A stretch of 64,000 nucleotides of DNA from an uncultured bacterium (GTDB taxonomy: Bacteria > Verrucomicrobiota > Verrucomicrobiia > Limisphaerales > UBA8199): assembly GCA_963749495.1 (NCBI GenBank), contig CAVVMW010000005.1:128001-192000 (forward strand), in the 5' to 3' direction. The notes under the pieces are model-generated. The model was not told the origin of the DNA and made no database searches. It was given only the letters and a program-made list of their open reading frames with translations. The translations under genes were made by a program, and so were the position numbers. How positions within the stretch are numbered: the first letter of the stretch is position 1; each line of letters begins with the position of its first letter. Positions 27,920 to 39,080 of the stretch are shown in pieces.

Positions 27920-30900
27920 ATGAGAACAATGAGCTTATTGAGACTCCGCGGGTTGCTGTTGACGGGCGTGGCTTTGGCCGCGTTGCGGGTGTGGGCCGGG
28001 ACGAACACCAGCCAGTATTCGGGCCCCGACTGGGCGCTGCTCGACCCGAAGGCGGTCCTGGAGGCCGCCGGCCAGATCACCCTGGCCCAGTACCCGGACT
28101 GCGACGAGGCGACGGTGGAAAAGAAGATGGTGCGGGTGTATCGGGCTGACGGGACGGGCGAATGCCAGGATGAGAGCTTCGTGAAGGTGCTCACGGAAAA
28201 GGGCAAGCGCAACAACCGGACCCTCTCGTTGAGCTTCATGCTGCCCTATTTCACGGTCGAGGTGGTCAAGGTGGAGGTGATGCGCCCCGGCGGCGAGGTG
28301 GTGCCGGTGGACGTGGCGGCCAACTCGAAGGAGAGCATCGACGACAGCCAGATGGCGGCGAACATTTACGACCCGAACATGAAGGTGCTGCGGCTCAACA
28401 TTCCGAAGGTGGAGATCGGGGACGTGGTCCACTCGATTGCCCGCCAAACGATCCGGCGCTCCATCATTCCCGGCGAGTTTGCCGAGGAGAGCGTGTTCGA
28501 AGGGCCGGGCTTTATCCGGCACCTGCTCTACGAGGTACACGCGCCGGCGGATCGCCCGCTCAAACGGGTGGCCTTGAGAGACGAGGTCCCCGGCACCGTC
28601 AAACACTCCGAGGAATCGGGTCCGGGGAACACTCTCATCCACCGTTCGGCAGGCTGGCAACGTGCCGCGCATGTTCGATGAGCCCTCGATGCCGCCTTAT
28701 GAAATGGTCCTGCAGCGGTTGTTCATCAGCACCACCACCGACTGGGCCAAGGTCTCCCAGTGGTACTGGCAATTGAGCAAACCGCACCTGGAGGCCATCA
28801 CCCCCGAGATGAAGCAGACCGTCCAGGGGCTGACCGCCCAGGCCATGACCGACCTGGACAAGGTCAAGGCCCTCTTTTTCCACGTGTCCAAGAAGGTCCG
28901 CTACATGGGCCTGACGCCGGAAAAAGACCGCCCCGGCTTCGAGCCGCACGACGTTTGCCTCACCTTCGACAAGAAGTACGGTGTCTGCCGCGACAAGGCC
29001 GCGCTGTTGGTCTCCCTGCTGCGAGCGGCGGGCCTCAACTCCTACCCGGTCCTGATCAATCTGGGCACCAGGAAAGACGCGGAGGTCCCGGACGCCGATT
29101 TCAACCACGCCATTGTGGCCGTGGAATTGCAGCAGGGGGACTACGTGCTGATGGACCCGACGGACGAGAACACGCGCGACCTGTTGCCCGCCACCGACCG
29201 CAACCAGAGTTACCTGGTGTGCCGCCCCGAAGGCGAGGCCATCCGCCTCAGCCCGATTCAGCCCCCGGACGACCACATGATGCGCGTGCGGACGCGCGGC
29301 ACGCTCAGCGCGGCCGGCGCCCTCAGGGCAAAATCCGAATTGTCCTTCCAGGGCGTGAACGACGATCTCTATCGCAACATGTTCGCCCACATGAAACCTG
29401 ACGACAAACGCCGGTTCTTCGAGAGCACACTCAAGCGCGCCATCCCCGGCGCGCGGCTCACCTCCCTCCAACTCATGCCCGAGGACATGATCGACGTCTC
29501 CCAGGAGGTGCGCGCCGTGCTCGAGTTCTCCGTGGACGGCCTCACCGCCAACGGCTCCGGCAAGTCCGTGGTCAATCTGCCCTGGATTGGCAAGGGCCTG
29601 GGCATCGTCAATTTCATCCTCGGCGGCACGGGCCTGGAGAAGAGAAAATACCCGCTGCGGACCTGGGTCACGTGCGGGTTGAGAGAAGACCTTTCTCTGA
29701 AGCTGGCCCCCGAGTTTGGCCAGGCGCTCTCGCTGCCCTCGTGCAGGCCCGACGAAGACGACTGCCTGAGCTGTCGGCAGAGCTGCGCCCTCCAGGATGG
29801 CGAGCTGGTCTGCTCCCGCCAACTCAAGCTCAAGGTGGTCGAGTTTTCACCCGAGCAGTACCCTCAAGCTCAAGCGGACTTTGAAGGACCTCGAGTACGA
29901 CGCCCGGAAGGCCCCGGTCCTGACGCTCGCGGCGGAGGTCGCGGCCAGCCCCGCCGACACGGCCCAGAACCCCGGGGACACGGCAGTCGAGTCCAACGCG
30001 AAAATCCTTGAAAGCCGCAAGGAACTGCAGGTCACCGACGCCCACAGCGCCGTCTATCGCGTCCGCTATTCCAAGAAGATCCTGACCTATGCCGGCAAGA
30101 TCCGGGAGGCGGAGGTCAAGATCGAATACAACCCCTCCTGCCAGGAGGTCCGCCTCACCCGCGGGGTCGTGACCTCCAAGACCGGCCAGCGCCAGGAAAT
30201 CGCCAAAGGCGAAATCAACATCATGGATGCGGGCTGGAACGCCTCCGCCAAACGCTACACGGGCTCCAAGATCCTCGTCGCCAACCTCCCCGGCGTGGAC
30301 ATCGGCTCCACTATCGAGGTCGAGTTCGATGTCGCCACCAAAGGCAAGCCCTTCCTCGCCGGATTCGAGGCCTTTCAGTTGCCAGACGAGCTCGAGCAAA
30401 GTCCTTCCGCCTGACTGCCCCCGCCGGCCTGGGCATCCTCAAGCGCACGAGGAGCAACGACGCGGCGCGCCTGGCCGAGGAAGAGAACCTCGTCCGACGC
30501 CACCAACCAGGTCTTTCAATGGAAGGCCGGCAACGTCCAGGCCCTGCCCGCGGAAGCGCAACTGCCCCCGGATTGGGTTTATGTGGCCGGCGTCGCCTAT
30601 TTCGTCGGCGACCCTGCCGAGTATGTCACGGCCCTGAGCCAGACGATGCTCGAGCGTTCGCGCCAGCGCGCCAAGGCCGCCGAGCTGGCCCGCCAACTCA
30701 CCAAGGAGACCCAGACGCGCGCCGAGGCCCTCAAGGCGATTCGCGACTACGTGGCCAAGTCAATCCGTCTGGCGGGGCCCGCCTTTACGCAGCTTCCGCT
30801 CCAGGAACTCTCGGCGGCCGACACGACTCTGGCGGACGGCTACGGCCACCTGGCGGACCGCGCTATCCTCCTGCACGCCCTCCTGGAGGCTGCCGGCTTC

Positions 30901-31776
30901 GAGCCGGAGTTCGTCCTGGCCTCCGGGCTGCCGGCCATCGCCGACCTCACCAACATCGCCACGGCCTTTCCGCTGCCGGACTCCTTCCAGACGCCGCTGG
31001 TCAAGGTCAGCGCCCAGGGCCAGACCTATTACTTGAACGACACCGACCAATACGCGCGCCTGGGCTCGACCGCCCACGATGGCCGGCTGGGCTTTGTGCT
31101 CGCCCGCCATGACTGGGAGGTCATCACGGCCGCGGACCATTGCCAGGACAAGACCGAGACCGTCTATACGCTCTCGCTGGACGACGCCGGCAAGACCCGG
31201 CTGGGTGTCACGCGCCGCTATTTCGGAAGCCCTTACAACGGCAAAAACCGCTTCTTCTCCGAACTCCCGCCGGAGGAGAGAAACCGCTACTACCAGGAAC
31301 TGATCTCCAACGTCGCCCAGGGCGCCCGCCCGCTTGGCGGCCTGGTCACCCAATTCGACACCTATCCCGGCCTGGAGCAGTTCACCGTCGAAATCGACAA
31401 CTATGGCGTCGTGGACGGGAATTATCTGTACTTTGATCTGCCGTTCACGCCTTCGCTGTTTGCGGCCGGGGCGGATCGCCGCGCCTTGCCCCTGCTCATC
31501 TCCGGGCACCAGCGGGAGAGCGTGCGCACCGAGATCGAACTGCCCGCCGGGTTCCGGCGCCTGGTCATGGCGCCCCGCAGCGAGAGCCTCACTGCGCCCG
31601 GCGGGGGCGGGCAGGCCCGCGTCACCGCGACCAGCGCGCCCGGCCGGTGCGCCATCACCCACCAGTTGGAGACCTCCCCGGCCATCGTCAGCCCCGGGGA
31701 TTATCCCGCCCTGCTCAAGCTGGAGGCCGCCTTGGGCAGGAAATCCTCGAAGGTCTTTCTCCTGGAAAAGGAGTAA
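27920..31776 (+). CDS. Secreted tandem DUF3857/transglutaminase-like protein, split by three single-base frameshifts (near 28650, 29860, 30400)
   Basis: Signal peptide; IPKVEIGDVV; YGVCRDKAALL, FNHAIVAV and MDPT triad; second module LPGVDIGSTIE with degenerate GHLADRA. Consecutive ORFs join by single indels. Confidence 0.85.
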
Positions 31777-31803
31777 GGCGCCCGCGGGCGGACGGGGGCG
31801 GGG

Positions 31804-31843
31804 GCGGAGACGCGGAGACGCGGAGACGCGGAGACGCGGAGAC
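31804..31843 (+). repeat. Octamer tandem repeat (GCGGAGAC)x5
   Basis: Read directly; intergenic, followed by CCATCAAT-type octamers. Confidence 0.9.
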
Positions 31844-32049
31844 GGAGGCGCCTGCGGGCGGAGGGGGCGGAAGCTCCCATCAATCCATCAGTCCACCGGC
31901 CCGCGGCCCGCGCCCCGCGCCCGGCGTCCGCCCCTGGATCGTAACACGGCCGATTCACAGAATTCACGGTCGGGGCCTTGCGAGTCGAGTCGGCTGGGTG
32001 TATGTTGGTGCCTTGCAAAATCCGTAACGATATCAACAAGAGCATATTC

Positions 32050-35000
32050 ATGAGCCAAAGAATCAAACCTTCCGCCTGGCTTGCGCTGGCCGCCCTCACC
32101 GGCCTGCTCCAGTCAGGGGCTAACCTCTCAGCCACAACCGTTACCAACGGCCTGGTGGCTCACCTCAAATTCGACGGCAACCTGCTGGATGCCACGACAA
32201 ATCACGTCGACGGGACGAGCGTGGCGCTGGGGACCGTGGGCACGAACGGGATCACGTTTGCCCCCGGCCTGCTGGGCCAGGCCGTCCACATCCTCGTCAC
32301 GTCGGATGGGACGACGAATGACTTCGTGAGCTTGGGCTATCCGGCGGCCTTGCAATTTGGCAGCGATGCGACCGGCGACACCACGGACTTCTCGGTCGCG
32401 ATGTGGCTCAAGATCGCCGCTTCCTCCGCCGACGAGCCGTTCATCTCGAACAAGAACTGGGACAGCGGCGGGAACCAGGGTTGGGTCGTTTCCAACGAGA
32501 GCGACGGCGTGCGGGTCAATTTCAAAGATGACGCCAACGGCCGAAAAGACGAGGTCGGTCATGCCGGGCCGCAGTTGGAGGACCACAACTGGCATCATTT
32601 GGCGGTGATATTTGTGCGCACAAACCTGGCCAGCATCTACATCGATGGCACAGTGCTGGGCACTCTTTCCATCGCCCCGGACGCCGGCAACCCGGTGGGC
32701 AACGTGGACACGGCCACGTTGGGTAATCCTCCGCGCAGCGTTCCCGGGCCTGATTGGGCGATAAACCTGGGCGAGGACGGCACGGGCCTGTATGCCACGA
32801 ACAACGGCGCGGGGTTGGATTGCCTGATGGATGATGTCGGCATCTGGCGCCGCGCCTTGCAGCCGAGCGAGGTGTTGGAAATCTACACCAAAGGCGTGGT
32901 GACGGGTCAGACGCTGGAGCAGGAACCCGGTCCGGCCTTCTCGAGCGTGATCCCCGTCTCGTATGCAATGCCGGCCGGCTCGGTCAATACAAACAACCCG
33001 GGCTTCCGCGTTCGTCCCTACCAGACGGCGACCACCGAAGGCGGCTCGATCGCCTGGACCGAGGACCAGCAGGCCGGGCTTTACGGACCCAATCTGGCGG
33101 ACCTCTCCGGGGCGGATAGCAACGGGTATTATACCGTGAGCACCGTAGTGAACTGGGGCGTCGCGGTGGATGGTTTCCAGCCGGCCGACAACTTCCCCGG
33201 GATTGGGGCCTCCGGCGTCAATTTCTCGGAGGAGGTCCTGACCTACATCGAGTTCCCCGCAGCCGGCACTTACACCCTGGGGGTCAACAGCGATGACGGC
33301 TTCGGCGTGACCACCTCCATGCTCAACCCAAAGGACCATTCGTCGGCCATATCCCTGGGCAAGTACGACAGTAACCGCGGCGCGGGGGATACCTTGTTCC
33401 AATTCGTCGTGCCGCAGGCGGGCATTTACCCGTTCCGGCTGCTCTACTGGCAAACCGGGGGCGGGTGCAGTGTGGCGTTCTTCAGTGTCGTGGCCACCAG
33501 CACCAGCACCAACTATGTGCTGATTAACGACACCTCGACCCCCGGGGCGCTCAAGGCCTACGCCACGGCGAACGTCGCTCCGCCCTATGCCGGCGCCTTT
33601 ACCGCCAATCCCGCGGGCTTCAGCTTTCGGATCCAGGACGACATCTCCGCCTTGAATCCCGCCTCGCTCCAGGTCAAGCTCAATGGCTCGGCGGTTTCTG
33701 TGTCCACAAACAAGGTTGGTGGCACCACCACGGTCACCTACTCCTCCCCCGCCCTCTTCCAGGTCGGCTCCAGCGAAACGGTGTCCGTCCAATTCTCCGA
33801 CAACGCCCAACCGGCACACACGCTTTCGCCGGTGTTCTCTTTCGTGGTGCCCACCTACACGCTCATGCCGCCCGGCGCGGCGCTGCCGGCCTCGACGGTG
33901 GACACTACTCAACCCGGCTTGCTGGTCCGCGTTTCGCAGATTGATTCCACCAGTTACGGCCTTCTGGCCGCCAACATCGCCCACGCCGAGGCGCAACTCT
34001 CGGGCCTGCTCATCGACCCCGTCGCCGGCACACCGTATCCCGAGTCGGCCACGCCAGGACCCCAGGTGAACGGCAGCTACGTGATCAGCAACATCAATCT
34101 CTCATACCCTGCCGATGGCACAAGCGATCAGGGCTCCTTCACCACCGCCAACAACTACCCGGATCAGCCCTTCCCAGGTATCAACGGCGCCAACAGCGCC
34201 AACCTGGCCGGAGAAGTCGTGGCCTACCTAGACCTCCAGCCCGGCTTTTACACCTTCGCCCTGAACGCGACCGATGGCTTCCGCGTCACCACGGCGGCCA
34301 ATGCTTACGACGCCCTGGGCACGACACTGGGGCTCTTTGATTTTCGGGCGATCACCACGGAGACACGATTCGGCGTGGCCGTCACGACCGCCGGCATTTA
34401 CCCCGTCCGGCTCGTGTTCTTCCGCGTGAACCCGCAGCAATCGAACAACACCGGCGATGCCAGCCTGGAGTTTTACACGATCGATGCTCAAGGCAATAAA
34501 TGGCTGGTCGGCGACCTCTCCTCGCCAAAGTCGGTCAAGGCCTATTGGAAGCGCACGGGCGCTTACGGGACCTTTGTCAAGTATGCCGGGCCCAGTGCGT
34601 TCGTGTCGCCTTTCTCGGACAGCGCCGACGTGGGCTTCACGACGGCCCAGGTGATCCTCAGTGACGGCTCGAGCGCCAAGGTGGCCCCTTCCTCGGTGGT
34701 CTGGACCGTCGATGGGAAGGCGGTGAGCGCCACTTCGACCAACGCGAACGGCCTCACCACGCTCTCCTATACGCCCACCAGCCTCCAACTGCCTCGAATG
34801 ACGCACACGGCCAGCCTGGTGTGGGCCGATGCCGGCGCCGGCGGCGCCCTCCATACCAATACCTGGAACTTCCACCTGCTCCGCAACTACGTCCTCCCCG
34901 CACCGCTCTATTTCGAGGACTTCGAATCCACCGCCGCCGGCCCTGACCCCACGGTCCCAGCCGGCTGGACGCAGGTCAACTTCACCGGGCACCAGAATGC

Positions 35001-35916
35001 CGGCAACGACCCGAACGACCTTAATTCGGATTTTTACCTGGGTTGGGTGGTCGTGGATAAATCGTTCAACATCGGCAAGGATTTCGGCGTGAGCCAGTAC
35101 GTCCCCCAGGTACTCAATGGGGTGGCCTTTGACGAGGGCACCAATCCGCTGTTGGTCAACCATTATATCCGCGCCGAATCAGACTCCCGCCAGAACGGGC
35201 CGCCGGGACAAATCCAGTATTTGTACACCAAACCCTACGATCTGACCGGCAAGACGGGAATTGTCATCGCCTTTGACAGCGCCTATGAGCAAAACCAGGA
35301 CAGCATCGTGGCGCTGGAATACACGGTGGACGGGACCAACTACAATCCCATCCTTTACTGGCTCCAGGGCGACAATGACACTCAGGCGCCGGCCGATACC
35401 ATCCGGGACGGCCTGGGCAACATTGACGTGGCCAAGACCATGATGACTACCTACGGTGACGTCGCAGAGTACACGGACCCGGCCACCGGCCAGTTGGTCG
35501 GAGGTTACTATGGCTTCTTCATCAAGGCCCCCATCACGCAGGCGCTCGCACCTTACATCGAAGGCCGCTACAACGACAATGGGACAGAATCCAAGCGCAT
35601 TGAGGTTTATCGCGTGCCTTTGGCCGACAACCAGAAGAATGTGGTCTTCCGCTTTGTTCAGGCCGGCACATCAAGCTGGTATTGGGCTATCGATAACTGG
35701 GGCATTTACAGTGTCCCATCTATCGCGGCGGCGCCGTTACCGGGCTTGCTCAGCCTCAGCCGCGTCAGCGGCGTGCTCACGCTCTCCTGGACCGGCGGCG
35801 GCACCCTCGAGTCCGCTCCCAGCCTCAAGGGGCCGTGGACCCCTGTGGCGAATCCGACCAATCCCATGACGGTCACCGCAACTGGCGGCAGCCAATTCTT
35901 CCGGCTGCACCAGTAG
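32050..35916 (+). CDS. Large secreted protein: LamG/ConA-like domain, two PA14-like domains, Verrucomicrobia-type C-terminal domain
   Basis: GLVAHLKFDGN...WHHLAV...MDDVGIWRRAL; YTLGVNSDDGF and YTFALNATDGF; terminal LTLSWTGGGTLESAPSLKGPW...QFFRL. Confidence 0.88.
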   Translation: MSQRIKPSAWLALAALTGLLQSGANLSATTVTNGLVAHLKFDGNLLDATTNHVDGTSVALGTVGTNGITFAPGLLGQAVHILVTSDGTTNDFVSLGYPAALQFGSDATGDTTDFSVAMWLKIAASSADEPFISNKNWDSGGNQGWVVSNESDGVRVNFKDDANGRKDEVGHAGPQLEDHNWHHLAVIFVRTNLASIYIDGTVLGTLSIAPDAGNPVGNVDTATLGNPPRSVPGPDWAINLGEDGTGLYATNNGAGLDCLMDDVGIWRRALQPSEVLEIYTKGVVTGQTLEQEPGPAFSSVIPVSYAMPAGSVNTNNPGFRVRPYQTATTEGGSIAWTEDQQAGLYGPNLADLSGADSNGYYTVSTVVNWGVAVDGFQPADNFPGIGASGVNFSEEVLTYIEFPAAGTYTLGVNSDDGFGVTTSMLNPKDHSSAISLGKYDSNRGAGDTLFQFVVPQAGIYPFRLLYWQTGGGCSVAFFSVVATSTSTNYVLINDTSTPGALKAYATANVAPPYAGAFTANPAGFSFRIQDDISALNPASLQVKLNGSAVSVSTNKVGGTTTVTYSSPALFQVGSSETVSVQFSDNAQPAHTLSPVFSFVVPTYTLMPPGAALPASTVDTTQPGLLVRVSQIDSTSYGLLAANIAHAEAQLSGLLIDPVAGTPYPESATPGPQVNGSYVISNINLSYPADGTSDQGSFTTANNYPDQPFPGINGANSANLAGEVVAYLDLQPGFYTFALNATDGFRVTTAANAYDALGTTLGLFDFRAITTETRFGVAVTTAGIYPVRLVFFRVNPQQSNNTGDASLEFYTIDAQGNKWLVGDLSSPKSVKAYWKRTGAYGTFVKYAGPSAFVSPFSDSADVGFTTAQVILSDGSSAKVAPSSVVWTVDGKAVSATSTNANGLTTLSYTPTSLQLPRMTHTASLVWADAGAGGALHTNTWNFHLLRNYVLPAPLYFEDFESTAAGPDPTVPAGWTQVNFTGHQNAGNDPNDLNSDFYLGWVVVDKSFNIGKDFGVSQYVPQVLNGVAFDEGTNPLLVNHYIRAESDSRQNGPPGQIQYLYTKPYDLTGKTGIVIAFDSAYEQNQDSIVALEYTVDGTNYNPILYWLQGDNDTQAPADTIRDGLGNIDVAKTMMTTYGDVAEYTDPATGQLVGGYYGFFIKAPITQALAPYIEGRYNDNGTESKRIEVYRVPLADNQKNVVFRFVQAGTSSWYWAIDNWGIYSVPSIAAAPLPGLLSLSRVSGVLTLSWTGGGTLESAPSLKGPWTPVANPTNPMTVTATGGSQFFRLHQ

Positions 35917-35960
35917 GCTGGCGTAACCGGTCACTGAGGGCGAGGACACAATCCGCGGGG

Positions 35961-36108
35961 GACCCCTCACCCCGGCCCTCTCCCCTTCCAGGGGAGAGGG
36001 AGAAGCGCCGACAGTCTCTGGAACTTCCGGGCGTGTCCGCTTCCTTATGCCGCTGCCGAGAATCCTCCCTCTCCCCTTCCGAAGGGGAGAGGGCCGGGGT
36101 GAGGGGTC
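35961..36108. repeat. REP doublet (CCCCTCACCCCGGCCCTCTCCCC family)
   Basis: Inverted arms, each with an internal hairpin, between convergent genes. Confidence 0.88.
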
Positions 36109-36212
36109 TGCCCGCGGAGCCGCTCCCGCCTTCACGGAGGCCGTTTAGGCTGACAGCCCTCAGGGTTGCGGCGCGGGGCGTTGGCTCCGCGCCGCACCAG
36201 GCGCTATGCCGC

Positions 36213-36464
36213 TCAGCTCATCAAGACCGCTTCAGTCGCGCTCAAATAGACCGCCAGAGCTTCGGTCCTGATTAAGCGGGTCACCGCCGGCTGGTCCGGC
36301 TTCTTCATGACCTTGTAATGGATCTGCCTCTTCCCCAGTTCGACAATCTGAAGATACGTGTCGTCTGTCTTCCACAACTGTCCCTTTGCCAATCCCGGTG
36401 TTGGCTTTTGACCGCTGAGTTCCATGTCGTCAAGTTGGACGGCCCGGGAGAGGTCTTTCTTCAC
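36213..36464 (-). CDS. Small hypothetical protein
   Basis: LAKGQLWKTDDTYLQIVELGKRQIHYK looks like a compact real domain; coding-like composition. Confidence 0.6.
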   Translation of the reverse strand: MKKDLSRAVQLDDMELSGQKPTPGLAKGQLWKTDDTYLQIVELGKRQIHYKVMKKPDQPAVTRLIRTEALAVYLSATEAVLMS

Positions 36465-36500
36465 TCCGATTCGATTACATTTTTGTAAGGCAGATTGGAT

Positions 36501-37179
36501 TCAAATGTTTTGCTCAATTCGGGCGATGTAACCGTTCGGGACGCAATCAAGGCAATGGTCGGCAACGGGGCCGGCCAAAAGTCCCTTCATGTTCTCGAAA
36601 CCAACCTCTACATTAATCAAGAAGGCATTCCACCAATGATCATCGTCGTGCAGATTGCCGTCGCCGTCGAAGAACCGCATTTGGCCGCTATGTCCATAAA
36701 ATGAAGGCAACGGCAATCCCGGCACGATGCGCGGCGGCACACGGGTGACAATGTCCTCGTTATTGACGAATCGGAACATGACATCTCCGAAGTGGCTGTC
36801 GCATTGTGTGCAGAAGTCAATGTCGCCCACTCGAGGTTGGCCGAAGGTATAAAGTCCATTGACCGGCATCCGGGCAGAAAAAGTGAACGCCGCGGTTGCC
36901 AGTGCCGCCAATGCGCCACCGAGGCTGTGGCCGGTTATCCAGAGCGTCTGGCCCCCATCTTGAAGACGGGTCACCTCGGCCAGGATGTTCCTCCAGCCCG
37001 ACGCGAGCAGCCGGCAAAAACCCTCGTGTACCGCTCCCACGTTGGGGGACTGGAAATAATCGCTGAAAGGCGCCTGAACTATCTCGATTTGTACTCCACT
37101 GGGTCGTGGCAGGATTGAAATTATCAAAGGGACCGGCCGGCAGTGCCGGACCGGGAGGAGAGCCTGCGGAAGTTGTCAT
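36501..37179 (-). pseudogene. Class 3 lipase with internal deletion/frameshift near 37095
   Basis: VHEGF, LWITGHSLGGALA, YTFGQPRVG, RFVNNEDIVTRVP. The N-terminus (MTTS...FNPATTQWS) is in another frame and the AFRGT region is absent. Confidence 0.8.
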
Positions 37180-37534
37180 AACTGATGGTAATTTGCTCTT
37201 GGGCGCGGCGCCCCTTCATTGACGCTGCACTGGCGAGGAAGAGTTGGGTCCTGGTTGTGCTCACGCTGGAAAGTGTTCCCGCCGCGGAATTCGTTCAATT
37301 GGCCCTGATCGTTTGTCCAGTTGCTCGGTGGTCATCTGACTTCACCCCAAATCCAGGAAGATGTCCAGAGAAATCTTCTCGCATGTCGGGGGTCGTTTGA
37401 CTGCCGTTTGACATGGCCAGTCCATACACCGCTTGGTCCTGTGCCTGATGCCAGGCCTGGGGTGGGCACGCTGGCGTTCAGGGCGAAGGCCTGAAGGCAA
37501 AGAAACGGCTTGGCGCCCCGATGGCGTGTGGGGC

Positions 37535-38112
37535 TCAGGCGTCGCTCCGCGACGCGACCGGTTCGCCCAAACTCCCCGTCCGTGGGCTGGCGGGACAATG
37601 TGAAGCACCCGCGAGCATACCGGGCGCGCGGGCGGTTTGCTTCCGGCGCAGGAACGCCCGGCCGGCAAGACAGATCAGCCCCGCAACGCACAGGTGTGCG
37701 AAGACATCGCCGACCCGGCTGTAGATCGTCCTGGCGCCATGGATGGGGATGGCGGCGATCATGATACCGGTGCTGCTGGCAAAGTAATCCTGGCTGCCGA
37801 GGATCCGCCCCCGGTTGTCCGTGATCAGCGAGAAGCCCCTGCCGGTGGGCCGGAGGAGCGAAACGCCGTTTTCAATGGCGCGCGTGATCGCCACTGCCCG
37901 GGATTCGAAAGGGGGGTTTTCCCCGTATGGCGCGATCAGGATGTCCGCGGCGTGGCGCCCGGCCTGGCGGATCAGCGCCGGGAAATGCATGTCGTTGCAC
38001 AGGGCCGTGCTCAGGCGGCCAAATGGGGTGGCGGCAACCGGCAGCCGCCCAGGACCGGCGATGACGACAAACGCTTCGCCTGCCACCATGGGGTGGGTCT
38101 TCTCATGCCAGG
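37535..38112 (-). pseudogene. C-terminal fragment of a nitrilase-superfamily (Lnt-like) protein
   Basis: HEKTHP, GRLSTALCNDMHFP, RAIENGVSLLR, TIYSRVGDVF; N-terminal half absent. Confidence 0.75.
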
Positions 38113-38219
38113 ACCAGGCCGATAGAGACCAAAACGGTGGCGGCGAGCAACCCATAGAACCGCCGGACCAGCCGGCGCTGTCGGGCAGATGCCGCATCCG
38201 CCATGTCTGTCTTGTAACC

Positions 38220-38339
38220 CAGGAAGGCCACGGAGGCAACCAGGGCCTGGTACCGACTGACGATTTGACCGAAGGCCTCGCGGTCACCGTTCACGCTGGC
38301 GCTCACGAGCGTCGAGTCATCGCAGTCCGGGCTCCACAT
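38220..38339 (-). pseudogene. N-terminal fragment of an ECF sigma factor
   Basis: DDSTLVSASVNGDREAFGQIVSRYQALVASVAF, then an abrupt fusion to unrelated sequence. Confidence 0.7.
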
Positions 38340-38519
38340 AGACTGATGGAACAGCATCTTACCTAATAGTGGTTCGGAAAGCCAGAAACGTGACAGGATT
38401 TCTTTTGGGGCGCACGACCGATTCCCTCGAGCGCCCACCCTGCCGCCTAAAGGCCGGCATCCCTGGTGGCTGCGGGACGCCGCCTTTGGGCGGCAATGAG
38501 GAATCCTTTGGCGCAATTA

Positions 38520-38678
38520 TGACTGACGCACACTCAAGTGTTCACGACTTGGAGAGCCTGGGTTTCGAAGGCGCCGCGCTCCTGGATTGCCTCATGCGCG
38601 TCCATCCGCCGCCCGTCACACGCATCTTGATTCCTCCAAGAGGACTGGCCGTCCGCCGCAGCACGGAAGTCCAGGCCA
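38520..38678 (+). pseudogene. Fragment of a XylR/LacI-type regulator (end of ligand-binding domain)
   Basis: SSVHDLESLGFEGAALLDCLM...ILIPPRGLAVRRST. Confidence 0.6.
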
Positions 38679-38714
38679 TCCATCAATCCACCAATCCACC
38701 AATCCATCAATCCA
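38676..38714 (+). repeat. Octamer tandem repeat (CCA(T/C)CAAT)n
   Basis: CCATCAAT CCACCAAT CCACCAAT CCATCAAT read directly. Confidence 0.85.
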
Positions 38715-38731
38715 CGCTCGGGGGCCTCCTC

Positions 38732-39080
38732 TCAGGGAAGGATGCCCGGCGTCTTGGTATTGACCGTGGCACGGGAGGCCTCCCAAAACCAATCAACTTG
38801 CTGCAAGGGCGTAATGGCGGACTTCCGGGTGGCGTAGGCCGTCAGGTGGAAGAAGTCGCTTTTCCATTTGTGGATCTCGCCATGGCCGTCGCAGAAGGAG
38901 AAGCCGCAGGCGCCGGCGTGCATGTCGCTGGGAAAGTCCACGGCGGCCTTCTGTCCGGCGATGACGGCCAGGCCAGAATCGTTGATGCTCCAGGGGTTCT
39001 CATCAACCAGGCAGAAGATAAGGGACGGGCTGGCCAGGCCAAAGTCCGAGGTCTTGCCGAAAGTGGCATAGACGCTATAG
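38732..39080 (-). pseudogene. C-terminal half of a prepilin-type H-X9-DG protein, cut at the IS701 end
   Basis: LVDENPWSIND...DFPSDMHAGACGFSFCDGHGEIHKWK. Confidence 0.8.
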
